Part shown: in pieces, positions 29,550 through 40,051 of the stretch
Position numbering within the stretch: position 1 is the stretch's first letter
Layout of the letters: each line of letters begins with the position of its first letter
Source of the DNA: Pseudobdellovibrionaceae bacterium
GTDB taxonomy: Bacteria > Bdellovibrionota > Bdellovibrionia > Bdellovibrionales > UBA1609
Direction: 5' to 3'
Assembly: GCA_030591685.1 (NCBI GenBank)
Contig: JAUVAX010000001.1
Location: forward strand, 92,873-156,872
DNA length: 64,000 nt
Position numbers and translations under genes: made by a program
Notes under the pieces: model-generated
What the model was told of the DNA's origin: nothing
Seen by the model: only the letters and a program-made list of their open reading frames with translations
The model's database searches: none

Positions 29550-30383
29550 TTATCGCCGGCGCTTCTTTTTGCCAGGGCGGCGACTTACCTTTTTAGAAAG
29601 TGGTGGTCTTTTTGGTTTACTAGTGTGTGTTTTTTTCGTCTTTGAATTTGGTTTAGCTTCTGATGATGAGTTCGCTACCAATTTTAATAGCTTTTTTAAC
29701 TCACCCTCATCGAGGGGGCGAAAGTCTCCCTCAGGTAAGCCCCTTAAAGAGACATGCATAATGCGAGTTCGTTGGAGTTTTTGTACTTCATAATCAAAAT
29801 GCTCACACATTCGACGAATTTGACGGTTTAAGCCCTGTACTAAGGTGATTTTAAATACATTGGTAGATACCTTTTCAACTTTACATTTTTTAGTGACCAT
29901 CCCGAGGATCGGAACACCTTTTGCCATATTTGCAATAAACTCATCTGTGATGGGTTTATTGACAGTGACTAAATACTCTTTTTCGTGATTATTACCAGCA
30001 CGTAAAACCTTATTAACTAAATCACCATCGTTGGTTAAAAAAATTAATCCCGTAGAGTCCTTATCTAAACGTCCAATAGGAAATATTCGCGTGGGGTAAT
30101 TGGTAAAACTCACTATATTATCTCTTTCGCTCCCTTCAGTCGTGCAAACAATCCCGGCTGGCTTATTGAGGGCAATTAAAACAAAGGGTTCGGCCTCTTC
30201 TGCAGCTATGGTTTGACCATTGACCATTACTACATCGCCGGGTTTTACCCCTTTACTTTGTAGTACTTTTTTACCATTAATCTTAACTCGACCCTCTTCA
30301 ATAAAGCGATCAGCCTCGCGACGAGAACAGATCCCGCTTTGGGCAATGTACTTATTTAACCTGACTGAATTATCGTATGACAT
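29550..30383 (-). CDS. rluF: 23S rRNA pseudouridine synthase (RluF-like)
   Basis: S4 domain [56 protein letters not shown]. Confidence 0.88.
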   Translation of the reverse strand: MSYDNSVRLNKYIAQSGICSRREADRFIEEGRVKINGKKVLQSKGVKPGDVVMVNGQTIAAEEAEPFVLIALNKPAGIVCTTEGSERDNIVSFTNYPTRIFPIGRLDKDSTGLIFLTNDGDLVNKVLRAGNNHEKEYLVTVNKPITDEFIANMAKGVPILGMVTKKCKVEKVSTNVFKITLVQGLNRQIRRMCEHFDYEVQKLQRTRIMHVSLRGLPEGDFRPLDEGELKKLLKLVANSSSEAKPNSKTKKTHTSKPKRPPLSKKVSRRPGKKKRRR

Positions 30384-30435
30384 GGCGTTTAGTATCACTT
30401 TTTTTTAATACTTTGACTTTAAATTACTTTATTCA

Positions 30436-30459
30436 AGTCTGAGCCTTTTTGCTCAGGCT
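30436..30459. terminator. Stem-loop, probable terminator of the 30481-31061 gene
   Basis: AGTCTGAGC-CTTTTT-GCTCAGGCT. Confidence 0.45.
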
Positions 30460-30480
30460 GTTTATCGAAACCTAGAGATT

Positions 30481-31061
30481 TTATTTTCTTTTCAATTTTT
30501 TGAATATATCAATCGCACCGTTAATATCAATATTATCATTTCCAATTGAAATGGAGCCGCCACCACTATTTTCATTTTCTAATTTCACGCATCTTTCAAT
30601 ATCATCACAATGCATCCCATGATTTCCATCATTCATACAAGTCTTTCTTACTAAAACTTCAGCTTCAAGCCTTGTTGGTGCTGTTGCTTTGTATCTACTC
30701 CTGAATGCCTCAGTTGTACATCTATAACCTGCAACTCCATTATTTAAATTAATATCTATATTAGAGCCCGATCTGCTTATAGAGAACCCAATGTTTACGT
30801 TAAGGTTACTAGAGTTTTCATCTTGAACACACTTCTTTATCTCGCAAAAGAAATCACTTCCTTCAATATCTGCACACTGTTCAAGCGCTAAATCTTCGGC
30901 ATTACTTCTGCTATTTGATCTCACGAGTGAAGGGTTTTTGTCCATACCCTCTGCCGTGCAAATATATTTTCCGGTACCAACCCTGATGTCTACAGTTGTA
31001 TTTACATCAGCAAAAGAACATCCGATGCCAAAAGCGTAAAGCCTAATAATATTTTCTTCAT
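30481..31061 (-). pseudogene. Cys-rich secreted two-repeat protein with a 1-nt frameshift in its signal peptide (or a sequencing error)
   Basis: GGAGA RBS then ATG 31061 reads MKKILLGFTLLAS, but the continuation SFA-DVNT is in another frame; the mature part has two Y.CT.E...R..AE......C........C....C repeats. Confidence 0.6.
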
Positions 31062-31219
31062 GATAATTCTCCATATTTTAAACTAATGGTTTTGTATAAC
31101 CGCTATTTTTTAACTCATTATTTTCAGGAATATAACAGATATTGCCCTCTGCGTCACTCTTTAGCGACGAATCATGAATTAGTTACATGCCAGCTCTTAA
31201 GTGCCAGTCCGCTTAGGGC

Positions 31220-31235
31220 TGGCATAAGGGTTGCT
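31220..31235 (+). promoter_or_regulatory. sigma54 promoter candidate
   Basis: TGGCAT-AAGGG-TTGCT upstream of the lipoprotein gene at 31361. Confidence 0.65.
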
Positions 31236-31360
31236 ATATAGGGAGTAACAGTTCATAAGAACACGAAAATATTGGGTTTTTTGCTGTTATAGTGGCAATT
31301 TTTGTCAGCTATAGGTGATTTTTTACCAAAACTTAGACACCCTTAAAAAGGACTCAGCTA

Positions 31361-32476
31361 ATGATCAAAGTACAATACTTACTAACTACGGCCAGCTTAG
31401 CTAGCTTATTACTTATTGGGTGCGGAGACACATCTAGCGGAGGCAAATTCACCGGAGTTCGTAATAAAAAACCCCTGTCTGAATCTAAAGCAACCGTTAA
31501 TGATTTGAAAAATTTAAACGCTCAAGAAAGCTTTGTATTTGTTTCTAGTGAAAAAATAGACACACTTTATGAAACAGAGTCACAACTTGAAATTAAAGAC
31601 CCTATCAACACTGGCGATTATTCACTCACCAGTGTTCGGGTGTTTTTAAAAACCTCTCAAAAAGAAACTACCATAACAACAACTGAAGAGGCTGAAGACA
31701 GTGACTCTATATCTACCGACGAAACTGATAACCTTTCAAAAACTGATCAATTTCAATTAACCTTTATATGTGAGATCGACATTAAAAACCTAAACAGCGA
31801 AAAATGTGACAATAAGTTTAAAAACAAAAAAAATATAGTGCTGCCTAAGGCCTTAAGCTCAGAGCTCATCGCCTTCAAGGGCCTTAAAATATTAGACGAC
31901 AACATGTTTAACCCTTTAGAAAACAATAATTTTTTAAATATTAAGTCACTCATCACAAGCCGGTCGTCGAATAAAAATGAAGATGAGGATAGCGTCTCTG
32001 ACTCAAGCGAGAATAAAGCCACCATAGAGAGTCGACTTAGCCTTGATGGCCTCAATGCCCTCATCACATTAACAGACCTCACTCAAGGCAAAGATTCCTC
32101 ATTAGACGAATCTAACAATGATGACATCAATCAATTTAGAGATATATTTCAAGAAAAAAACGCCCTCGGTAACGAGTACGCCTATGTGGCCTTCATTAAA
32201 AATGACCCTACAAAAGACCCCCTACAGTATGGTGTGTTTTTAAGCCCAGTGAATAACTCTAGTTTTGTAATGGCTATTAATGTGAATAATCCTGAGCTCA
32301 ATCAGGTGACTAAATATATACTCACCTATAGCCTTAATAAAACTATAAAAAATGCCCGCGCAAAAAACAGTACTCAAAACAAAAGTAAGCTAAAAGATCA
32401 ATCCTCAAGTGCGACAAACAACCCTGAAGAGACTCAAAAAAAGAAGGGTCCAAGAGGTCGTAGAAGACGCTCTTAA
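31361..32476 (+). CDS. Hypothetical lipoprotein
   Basis: Lipobox LIGC, acidic low-complexity segments, basic tail KKKGPRGRRRRS. Confidence 0.65.
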   Translation: MIKVQYLLTTASLASLLLIGCGDTSSGGKFTGVRNKKPLSESKATVNDLKNLNAQESFVFVSSEKIDTLYETESQLEIKDPINTGDYSLTSVRVFLKTSQKETTITTTEEAEDSDSISTDETDNLSKTDQFQLTFICEIDIKNLNSEKCDNKFKNKKNIVLPKALSSELIAFKGLKILDDNMFNPLENNNFLNIKSLITSRSSNKNEDEDSVSDSSENKATIESRLSLDGLNALITLTDLTQGKDSSLDESNNDDINQFRDIFQEKNALGNEYAYVAFIKNDPTKDPLQYGVFLSPVNNSSFVMAINVNNPELNQVTKYILTYSLNKTIKNARAKNSTQNKSKLKDQSSSATNNPEETQKKKGPRGRRRRS

Positions 32477-32683
32477 GTGAGCTGATAATTTTTATACGTT
32501 GATTTACTTTTCAATTTTTAACTAAATTTCACAGAACAACTAATGGTGTCACTTAGACACCATTTCTCTTTAGTAAACCCTTTAAATAGTGTATATTAGG
32601 CTGTTATTTGGGTTTACACCTCTTGATTAATCCCCATGGACCCCGGCCTTTAAATATATTAATTAATAGTTTGGAGCTTATTT

Positions 32684-34528
32684 TTGTTTAAAAAAGTACG
32701 GAATTTCTTTTACATCACCTGGGTACAGCACCTTATTCGTGTGGGGCTCGCCACACTTATTGCTATTGGCATTTGCCAGCTTGATCTCTCCTACCTAGAT
32801 GCATGGGCCTATGACTTAAGAGTCCGTACAACTCCAAATACACAGCCCAGCGGCCATATAGCGCTTATAGAAATAACCCCCACAGATGTTGAATTTTTAC
32901 AAGGAGAGCCAAAGGCCGATCACTACTCTCGCCTTTTAATAGAGCTTAAAAAGTCAAAACCAAAGGCTGTGTTGTTTTTAACCGACATGCATAATTTAGA
33001 GGGCCGTAAAAATGAACTTTTTAAACTGTCTCAAGAGACTAAAAACTTTAAAAAACTTTTTTTCACCATCCGCCAACTTATAATTAAGGGGCAAGAAGAC
33101 GAAATAAAAGCACCGGCCCCTCTAAACCACATCCCTGTTGTTATGAACTTAATCACAAGTGATGACACTAACTTTTCTAAAGACAACGTCACCAGAAGAG
33201 TTATTTTGTCAAATTCAGGCACAGAGTTTATACACCCACAATTAGCACGTCTTTTTAATAAAAAAGTTAAAGACGATAAATATAAGGGACAGTTTGATTT
33301 TTTAACCTCAAAACAGGCCTATATTGACTTTAGACCCTCAGGCACCTATGCCCCATCAAGTTTTTTAACGGTTATGCAGGGAGCGTTTGATGCTGAAAAA
33401 TTTAAAAATAAAATAGTTATTATTGGGCGCAACACAGTGGCTGAAAGTACTGATTATAAAAGAACACCTCTTTCTAGAAAGCTCACCGCAATGACAAACC
33501 TTGAAGTCCACGCCAATGCACTAGACACTTTAATATTAGACTCAAGCTCTACCCTAGCCCCTAAGTGGGTTAATTATTTTGTGACCATCATTATATCTAT
33601 ACTGGCTCTATTTAGTGTATTCACCCTTAGGCCCTCGAGAGGCCTTCTTGTGTTACTAAGCGCTCTTGCAGCAATATTAGGGTCGTCATATATATTATTT
33701 GCACTTTTTGGCCTAGCCATAGGAGTCACGCAGCCCATTTTTGCTATTTTTATTTGTTATTATTTCTTTATCCCCTACCGTCTAGTGATGGAGAACAGAA
33801 AAAGCTGGGAGTACTTGCAGCACAATAAAATTTTATCTGAAGTCGAGGAGCTCAAAACAAATTTTTTACGTATGATGTCTCATGATCTTAAAACTCCCCT
33901 CGCACGTATACAGGGCATGACAGAGGTTGCCATGAGAGACCCCTCCCCCTTATCTGATTTACAAAAACAAGCCCTTGATAATATTAAATCCTCCAGCACT
34001 GAGTTGACCTCCTTTATTGAGTCCATTTTAAATTTAACCCGCATTGAGAGCAATAAAGTCGACTTACAGGTGCAAAGCAAAGACATTAATAACATTTTAA
34101 AAACAGTCTCTAGTAAGTGTCAGTTTTTAGCCAAAGAAAAGAACATTAAAATAATAACAGAACTTGAGCCGCTGTTTAGCGTAAAGGTAGATGAAGGCTT
34201 GTTAAGCCAGGTTTTTACAAACCTCATTGAAAACGCCATTAAGTACAGCCCTAATGACACAAAAATATTAGTCAACACTGAAGAGGTTGACGGTCGCATT
34301 GTCATACAAATTGCAGACCAGGGTTACGGCATTAAGTCAGAGGACCAAATGAATGTGTTTGATAAGTTTTACCGCAGTGAAAGTGGCGACACCGTTGATA
34401 TTAAAGGCTCAGGCCTCGGCCTTTACCTATCTCGTTACTTTGTAAACCTACATAAAGGTAACATAGTTGTTGAAAGTGAATTAAACCAAGGCTCTACGTT
34501 TACAGTAGACCTGCCAATGAATGTATAA
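32684..34528 (+). CDS. CHASE2-domain sensor histidine kinase
   Basis: Periplasmic CHASE2 features (D...RR, KNKIVIIG, EVHANALDTL), three TMs, H-box SHDLKTPL, NLIENAIKYS, DQGYGI, GSGLGL. Confidence 0.9.
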   Translation: MFKKVRNFFYITWVQHLIRVGLATLIAIGICQLDLSYLDAWAYDLRVRTTPNTQPSGHIALIEITPTDVEFLQGEPKADHYSRLLIELKKSKPKAVLFLTDMHNLEGRKNELFKLSQETKNFKKLFFTIRQLIIKGQEDEIKAPAPLNHIPVVMNLITSDDTNFSKDNVTRRVILSNSGTEFIHPQLARLFNKKVKDDKYKGQFDFLTSKQAYIDFRPSGTYAPSSFLTVMQGAFDAEKFKNKIVIIGRNTVAESTDYKRTPLSRKLTAMTNLEVHANALDTLILDSSSTLAPKWVNYFVTIIISILALFSVFTLRPSRGLLVLLSALAAILGSSYILFALFGLAIGVTQPIFAIFICYYFFIPYRLVMENRKSWEYLQHNKILSEVEELKTNFLRMMSHDLKTPLARIQGMTEVAMRDPSPLSDLQKQALDNIKSSSTELTSFIESILNLTRIESNKVDLQVQSKDINNILKTVSSKCQFLAKEKNIKIITELEPLFSVKVDEGLLSQVFTNLIENAIKYSPNDTKILVNTEEVDGRIVIQIADQGYGIKSEDQMNVFDKFYRSESGDTVDIKGSGLGLYLSRYFVNLHKGNIVVESELNQGSTFTVDLPMNV

Positions 34529-34552
34529 ATTTAATATTATGAGGAGAAATAT

Positions 34553-36037
34553 ATGTTTAAAGCTTTAGTTGTCGACGATGATGCCGGACTCAGAATGTCC
34601 GTGAAGTCCACTTTATTAACTACAGGAAACTATGAAGTGACAGAGTCATTTGACGGACTCGATGCTGTAGAGAAAATTAAAAAAGACTCCTACCAACTCG
34701 TTATACTTGATGTAGACATGCCTCGCATGAACGGCCTTGAGGCCTTAAAGCATATTAAAGAACATGACCCCTCTATTATTGTTATTGTGATGACAGCTTT
34801 TGCCAACATTGACGATGCCGTAAAGGCCGTTAAAGAGGGGGCTTATAATTATATCTCTAAACCTGTCGTGGGTGAGGAGCTAGCACTTCTTATAGAAAAG
34901 GCCATGGAGGTTCACCGACTCATTTCAGATGTGGCCGCCTCGGCCCCTATTTTAATGGAGGCCGGTCGAAAAATCATTGGTCATACACAACAGATGAAAA
35001 AAGTTTTTAATATCATTAATCGCCTATCTAAAGTCGACACCCCTGTTCTTGTCAGAGGAGCCTCTGGGACGGGGAAAGAGCTTGTCGCTCAAGCCATTCA
35101 TGCGAACTCAGCCAACAAAGAGGGTAAATTTGTGGCTATAAATTGCTCGGCAATCCCCGAATCATTATTTGAATCTGAACTTTTTGGTCACGAAAAAGGG
35201 GCCTTTACAGGTGCGGACCAAAGAAAAATTGGTAAATTTCAGTATGCCGAGGGGGGCACTTTGTTTTTAGACGAATGCGGGGACATGCCTCTGCTCATGC
35301 AAGTTAAGCTTTTACGTGTTTTACAAGAAAAGGTTTTCACCCCCGTTGGATCTAACCGTGAAATTCAATCTCAAGTGAGGATCATTGCCGCCACAAATCG
35401 GCCCCTTGAAGAGATGATTAAAAAGGGAGAGTACCGTGAAGACCTCTACTACAGACTCAATGTTATGCCTATTTTATTACCGAGCCTTAGTGAGAGAAAG
35501 GGCGATTTAATATCAATGATTAATATGTTTATCAAAAAATTTAATAAAAAACATGGTCGCAATATTGTAAACGTAGCTGCTGATGCCCTAAGTTGTTTAC
35601 AAAAATATGATTGGCCGGGTAACATTCGTGAGCTTGAAAATGTAATTGAACACGCTTTTATTTTAGAAGAGTCTCAAGTTTTAAAACTCACCTCGCTGCC
35701 TGAAACTTTACTTGTAACGGTGGGGATTGACCTTGATAATATAATAACTAAAGAGGTCGCTGTAACCCCCGCTCAAGACACCCTGGAGGTTACGAATCAA
35801 AATTTATCCGCCCAAAGCTCTTCAACGACAACTTTAGACCAAGCCATTAACGCCCTCACTGAAGAAGAACTGGATTTTAGCCGACAAAAAGAGAACTTTG
35901 AGAAGGAGTTTATAATAAAGGCCCTTAAAACTTTTAAGGGGCGCATTAACCAAACCGCGTTACATGCTAATATTCCCAAGAAGACACTTTTACGAAAAAT
36001 TGAAAAATATGGGATAATGGCTAAAGATTACGGATAG
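34553..36037 (+). CDS. sigma54-dependent NtrC-family response regulator
   Basis: Receiver (VVDDD, LDVDMP), GASGTGKE, GAFTGA, WPGNIRELEN, C-terminal Fis-type HTH. Confidence 0.95.
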   Translation: MFKALVVDDDAGLRMSVKSTLLTTGNYEVTESFDGLDAVEKIKKDSYQLVILDVDMPRMNGLEALKHIKEHDPSIIVIVMTAFANIDDAVKAVKEGAYNYISKPVVGEELALLIEKAMEVHRLISDVAASAPILMEAGRKIIGHTQQMKKVFNIINRLSKVDTPVLVRGASGTGKELVAQAIHANSANKEGKFVAINCSAIPESLFESELFGHEKGAFTGADQRKIGKFQYAEGGTLFLDECGDMPLLMQVKLLRVLQEKVFTPVGSNREIQSQVRIIAATNRPLEEMIKKGEYREDLYYRLNVMPILLPSLSERKGDLISMINMFIKKFNKKHGRNIVNVAADALSCLQKYDWPGNIRELENVIEHAFILEESQVLKLTSLPETLLVTVGIDLDNIITKEVAVTPAQDTLEVTNQNLSAQSSSTTTLDQAINALTEEELDFSRQKENFEKEFIIKALKTFKGRINQTALHANIPKKTLLRKIEKYGIMAKDYG

Positions 36038-36116
36038 TTAACTGATCTCCCTAATGTTAAGTATTAGAAAATATAAGTTGATGATTTAAACCCTTTTGTA
36101 GTAGATTGGCCCACTT

Positions 36117-36674
36117 ATGAACCGAACTCAAATCCCACCACAAGCCTACACAAGAGACACCCTTGAAAAGGCCTACGAATGGCTTAATCATCAAAGCCCT
36201 GCTATTAAAGATCAGGCTCAAACGGCTGATACTTTGGTCAGCCTATTTTTACGAGCTCAACGTTACGGAGAAACAAGCCTTGGTAACTTTTCAAAGGCCA
36301 GCGTAGGTACGGTTCAGCAGGCGGCCCCTGCAAGTGTTCAACTGTTTCAATCAGACCTTAAAAACTTAGCAAAAGATTTCGAGGAGTTTGATGACATTAA
36401 TACCCTCACTCCCCCTATTGAGGCCAAAGACATTGCCCCATTACCGAGCCCCCATGTAGCTCCTCCGGCAAAAAGTATCAAAACTCGTGTCACCCAGAGT
36501 ATGATTGAGTTTGACAGTGAGGCCACCGCATTAGACCCAAAGAGTTTAAAGGCCGCTGAACAGATCCAAAAACAATTCAACCTAAGTTCACCCACTGAGG
36601 CCATAAGAATGCTCATTTCAGTGGGGTATAAACAGATCCAAAAGCTCCTCCTGCTTAACGATAAAGAGCTCTGA
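36117..36674 (+). CDS. Hypothetical cytoplasmic protein
   Basis: 185-aa ORF between the regulator and ileS; PPQAYT N-terminus. Confidence 0.65.
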   Translation: MNRTQIPPQAYTRDTLEKAYEWLNHQSPAIKDQAQTADTLVSLFLRAQRYGETSLGNFSKASVGTVQQAAPASVQLFQSDLKNLAKDFEEFDDINTLTPPIEAKDIAPLPSPHVAPPAKSIKTRVTQSMIEFDSEATALDPKSLKAAEQIQKQFNLSSPTEAIRMLISVGYKQIQKLLLLNDKEL

Positions 36675-36710
36675 CTCTTTAGTTTTTATATGTTCATTAA
36701 AAAGCATATC

Positions 36711-36739
36711 TTGACAGATTCACACGAGTTAAATAGCTT
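36711..36739 (+). promoter_or_regulatory. sigma70 promoter of ileS-lspA-lgt
   Basis: TTGACA-N17-TAGCTT. Confidence 0.6.
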
Positions 36740-36763
36740 AAATACTTACTTAATACCCACTCA

Positions 36764-39544
36764 ATGAGGTCCCCTTTGTCGCAGCAGCAAACGCCCGATT
36801 ACAAAGATACAATTAACTTACCAAAAACTGACTTTCCCATGCGCGGCAAGCTCCCCCAAACAGAGCCCAAAACAATTGAATTTTGGGAGAGCGAAAATAT
36901 TTACCAAAAGCTTGTTGATAAAAACAAAGACAACGACCCGTTTATTATGCCCGATGGCCCCCCGTACGCTAACGGTAACCTTCACCTTGGGCATGTTTTA
37001 AATAAAGTTTTAAAAGACATTATAATTAAGTATAAAAACATGCAGGGGTTTAGAGCCCCCTTTATACCCGGCTGGGACTGTCATGGTTTGCCTATTGAGC
37101 TTAAAGTGACAAAAAAATTAGGCGGCAAACGCCGTGAAATGACCGATGCTCAAGTGCGTGACTTGTGCCGAAAAGAAGCCCTTCATTGGGTCGACATACA
37201 AAAAAAACAATTTATACGCCTAGGTGTTTTAGCCAAGTGGCAAGATCCCTATTTAACACTTAACCCTGCGTACGAGGCCGAAGAAATCCGTGTGTTAGCT
37301 AAAATATTAGACAACGGCCTACTTTACCGAGGCGAAAAGCCTGTTAACTGGTGCCCAAAATTACAAACAGCTCTTGCGGCCGCTGAGGTTGAGCATCAAG
37401 ACCACACAAGCCCCTCTGTTTACGTAAAGTTTAATGTTACAAAAAATCTTGAAAAACTAGGTCACCCCAAAAAACCCACCTCTTTTGTGATTTGGACAAC
37501 AACCCCGTGGACTATCCCCGCCAACTACGCTATTTGCGTTAACGAAAAATTTGACTATGGGCTTTACGATACGGGCGATGAGTACTTTATCATTGCTAAA
37601 GATTTAAAAGAGTCCTTTGAAGCCGACACAGAGCTGAGCTTAAAAGAAATAAAAACCTTTAAAGGTCATGAGTTTGAAGGCCTTCAGGCAGACCACCCCT
37701 TTTTAGACCGCACCTCGCTGCTTATCTTAGGCCCTCATGTCACCCTAGAGGCCGGCACTGGCTGTGTACACACCGCCCCTGCCTTTGGGTTAGACGATTA
37801 CAATGTGGGCTTAAAGTACAACCTGCCCATTAATGGTAACGTTGATAAAGCGGGTAAATTTACCAGCGATTTCCCTGAGTTTGAAGGGGTGCGTATTTGG
37901 GATGCCAATGAGCCTTTGTGTGATAAAATGAAAGCCTCTGGGCACTTAGTCGCCCTTAAAATGATCACTCATAGTTACCCCCACAACCCACGTACAAACT
38001 CACCTTTAATTTTCAGAGCCACTCCTCAATGGTTTATCCGCATGGATAGCAAAAAAGGAGAGGACTTTAGCCTGCGCCAGCAAGCTTTAAAACTCGTTAA
38101 CGAAGAGATCGAATTTGTACCTAAATGGGGGAGCGCTCGTCTCAAAGCCATGATCGAAAACTCGCCAGATTGGTGCTTAAGCCGACAGCGAACCTGGGGC
38201 GTGCCTATACCTGTTTTTTATTGCAATGAGTGTGAAGAGCCCCTTGTGAGCTCTGAAATCATGAACAAAGTCGCAGACCTTATGGAGTCGACCCAACAAG
38301 GCATCGAGGCTTACTTTACTCACGATATAAAAACTTTTATTGGTGATATAAAATGCTCTTGCGGTCACTCCAATTTTACTCGTGGCGAGGATATTTTAGA
38401 TGTGTGGTTTGATAGTGGGGTTTGTCACTCGGCTGTGCAAAAAAAGCTAAAAGAGCTCACCTATCCGGCAGATATATATTTAGAGGGGTCTGACCAACAC
38501 AGGGGTTGGTTTCAAACAAGCCTAATGTCATCGGTGGCCGCTTATAAAAGCTCGCCTTATAAAGCCCTTATTACGCACGGGTTTGTGAACGATGCTCAAG
38601 GCTATAAAATGAGTAAGTCTAAGGGCAATGTCATTGACCCGGCAATTATTATTAAACAATACGGAGCTGAAATTTTAAGACTCTGGGTGGCCTATGAGGA
38701 CTACGGTCAAGACGTCACCGTGGGCAACGAAATGTTTAAGCGCATTTCAGAAACCTACAGACGCATACGTAACACGTTAAAGTTTTTACTTGGAAACCTT
38801 TCAGATTTTGACCCTCAAAAAGATAAAATCGATTTTTTAAAAATGCCTGACATAGACCAATGGGCTCTTATTAAACTTAACGAGCTTATTGAGCAAACTA
38901 CGACGTCGTATAATGAGTACAACTTTTACAAAGTCTATCACGCGTTAAATAATTTTTTCACTGTTGACCTGTCAGCGACTTATTTAGATATCCTTAAAGA
39001 CCGCCTGTACACGGCAAAAACGGATGGTCTAAAAAGGCGCAGCAGCCAAACAGTTATTTATGAACTTTTAAATAACCTCACTGTACTTATGGCTCCTATT
39101 TTAACCTTCATTGCCGAGGAGACTTATAAATACATACCCGGCTCTAAGCTCGAGAGCGTTTTGCTTGTGGACTTTCCAAAGGCCAACCCTCAGTGGAAAA
39201 ACCCTGAACTCATGAGTAGGTATGATACTTTGCTTGAAATTCGCTCTCAAGTGTCAAAAATTTTAGAGGACCTGAGGGCTGAAAAAATCATTGGCTCCAG
39301 CCTTGAGGCTAAAGTATTTATTGCCGCCAAGGGCGAAAAGTTTAAACTTTTAAAAGAGATAGAACCTGATTTATGTGAGTTTTTTATAATCTCTCAAATC
39401 GAAATCACCGAAGGGGCTGAAAGCATAAAAGCCCTTAAAGCTGACGGAGAAAAGTGCATCCGCTGCTGGAACTACAGTGTAGACATTAACACAAGCACAA
39501 CATTCCCTAACGTTTGCCCTAAATGCATTGAGGCCTTAAAATGA
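36764..39544 (+). CDS. ileS: Isoleucine--tRNA ligase (start possibly TTG 36776)
   Basis: DGPPYANG.LHLGH, GWDCHGLP, WCLSRQR.WG, EGSDQHRGWF, KMSKS, C-terminal CIRC...CPKC zinc finger. Confidence 0.98.
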   Translation: MRSPLSQQQTPDYKDTINLPKTDFPMRGKLPQTEPKTIEFWESENIYQKLVDKNKDNDPFIMPDGPPYANGNLHLGHVLNKVLKDIIIKYKNMQGFRAPFIPGWDCHGLPIELKVTKKLGGKRREMTDAQVRDLCRKEALHWVDIQKKQFIRLGVLAKWQDPYLTLNPAYEAEEIRVLAKILDNGLLYRGEKPVNWCPKLQTALAAAEVEHQDHTSPSVYVKFNVTKNLEKLGHPKKPTSFVIWTTTPWTIPANYAICVNEKFDYGLYDTGDEYFIIAKDLKESFEADTELSLKEIKTFKGHEFEGLQADHPFLDRTSLLILGPHVTLEAGTGCVHTAPAFGLDDYNVGLKYNLPINGNVDKAGKFTSDFPEFEGVRIWDANEPLCDKMKASGHLVALKMITHSYPHNPRTNSPLIFRATPQWFIRMDSKKGEDFSLRQQALKLVNEEIEFVPKWGSARLKAMIENSPDWCLSRQRTWGVPIPVFYCNECEEPLVSSEIMNKVADLMESTQQGIEAYFTHDIKTFIGDIKCSCGHSNFTRGEDILDVWFDSGVCHSAVQKKLKELTYPADIYLEGSDQHRGWFQTSLMSSVAAYKSSPYKALITHGFVNDAQGYKMSKSKGNVIDPAIIIKQYGAEILRLWVAYEDYGQDVTVGNEMFKRISETYRRIRNTLKFLLGNLSDFDPQKDKIDFLKMPDIDQWALIKLNELIEQTTTSYNEYNFYKVYHALNNFFTVDLSATYLDILKDRLYTAKTDGLKRRSSQTVIYELLNNLTVLMAPILTFIAEETYKYIPGSKLESVLLVDFPKANPQWKNPELMSRYDTLLEIRSQVSKILEDLRAEKIIGSSLEAKVFIAAKGEKFKLLKEIEPDLCEFFIISQIEITEGAESIKALKADGEKCIRCWNYSVDINTSTTFPNVCPKCIEALK

Positions 39545-40041
39545 AAATAGATCGTAAGTATTTAACCCTTATGGCCCTTGCCGGGTTCATAATCACCTTA
39601 GACCAAGCCACTAAGCTTTATGTGCACACACACTTTCAGCTGGGCGAATCGCTCATTGTTATACTTGATTATTTTAGCATTACTTATGTGCGCAACCCTG
39701 GGGCTGCTTTTGGGATACTTGGCACGTCTAATGAAACCTTCAGAACTATTTTCTTTTTAACCTTCCCTCCCATTGCGCTTATTATTCTTTTAACCATACT
39801 TAAAGACGTGGCCACAAAAGATCGCATTCAAGTCTTTGCCCTTTCTAGTATTTTTGGGGGAGCAGTAGGTAATTTTATTGATCGTATTCGATTTAGCTAC
39901 GTGATTGATTTTTTAGATTTTCACATTGGCGAGCGCTTTGTATGGCCCGCTTTTAATGTGGCCGATTCAGCTATTGTAGTCGGTGTTGCTATACTTATAT
40001 TATTAATATTTAGAAAGGACCCCGAGAAGGTCAAATCATAG
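39541..40041 (+). CDS. lspA: Lipoprotein signal peptidase II
   Basis: DQATK, NPGAAFG, GNFIDR, VIDF, FNVAD; overlaps the ileS stop. Confidence 0.96.
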   Translation: MKIDRKYLTLMALAGFIITLDQATKLYVHTHFQLGESLIVILDYFSITYVRNPGAAFGILGTSNETFRTIFFLTFPPIALIILLTILKDVATKDRIQVFALSSIFGGAVGNFIDRIRFSYVIDFLDFHIGERFVWPAFNVADSAIVVGVAILILLIFRKDPEKVKS

Positions 40042-40051
40042 GGGTTAAAGC

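Noticed and set aside
27074..31100. Intact prophage or integrative element at tRNA-His
   Set aside because: No integrase, phage genes or attR copy of the tRNA 3' end found.
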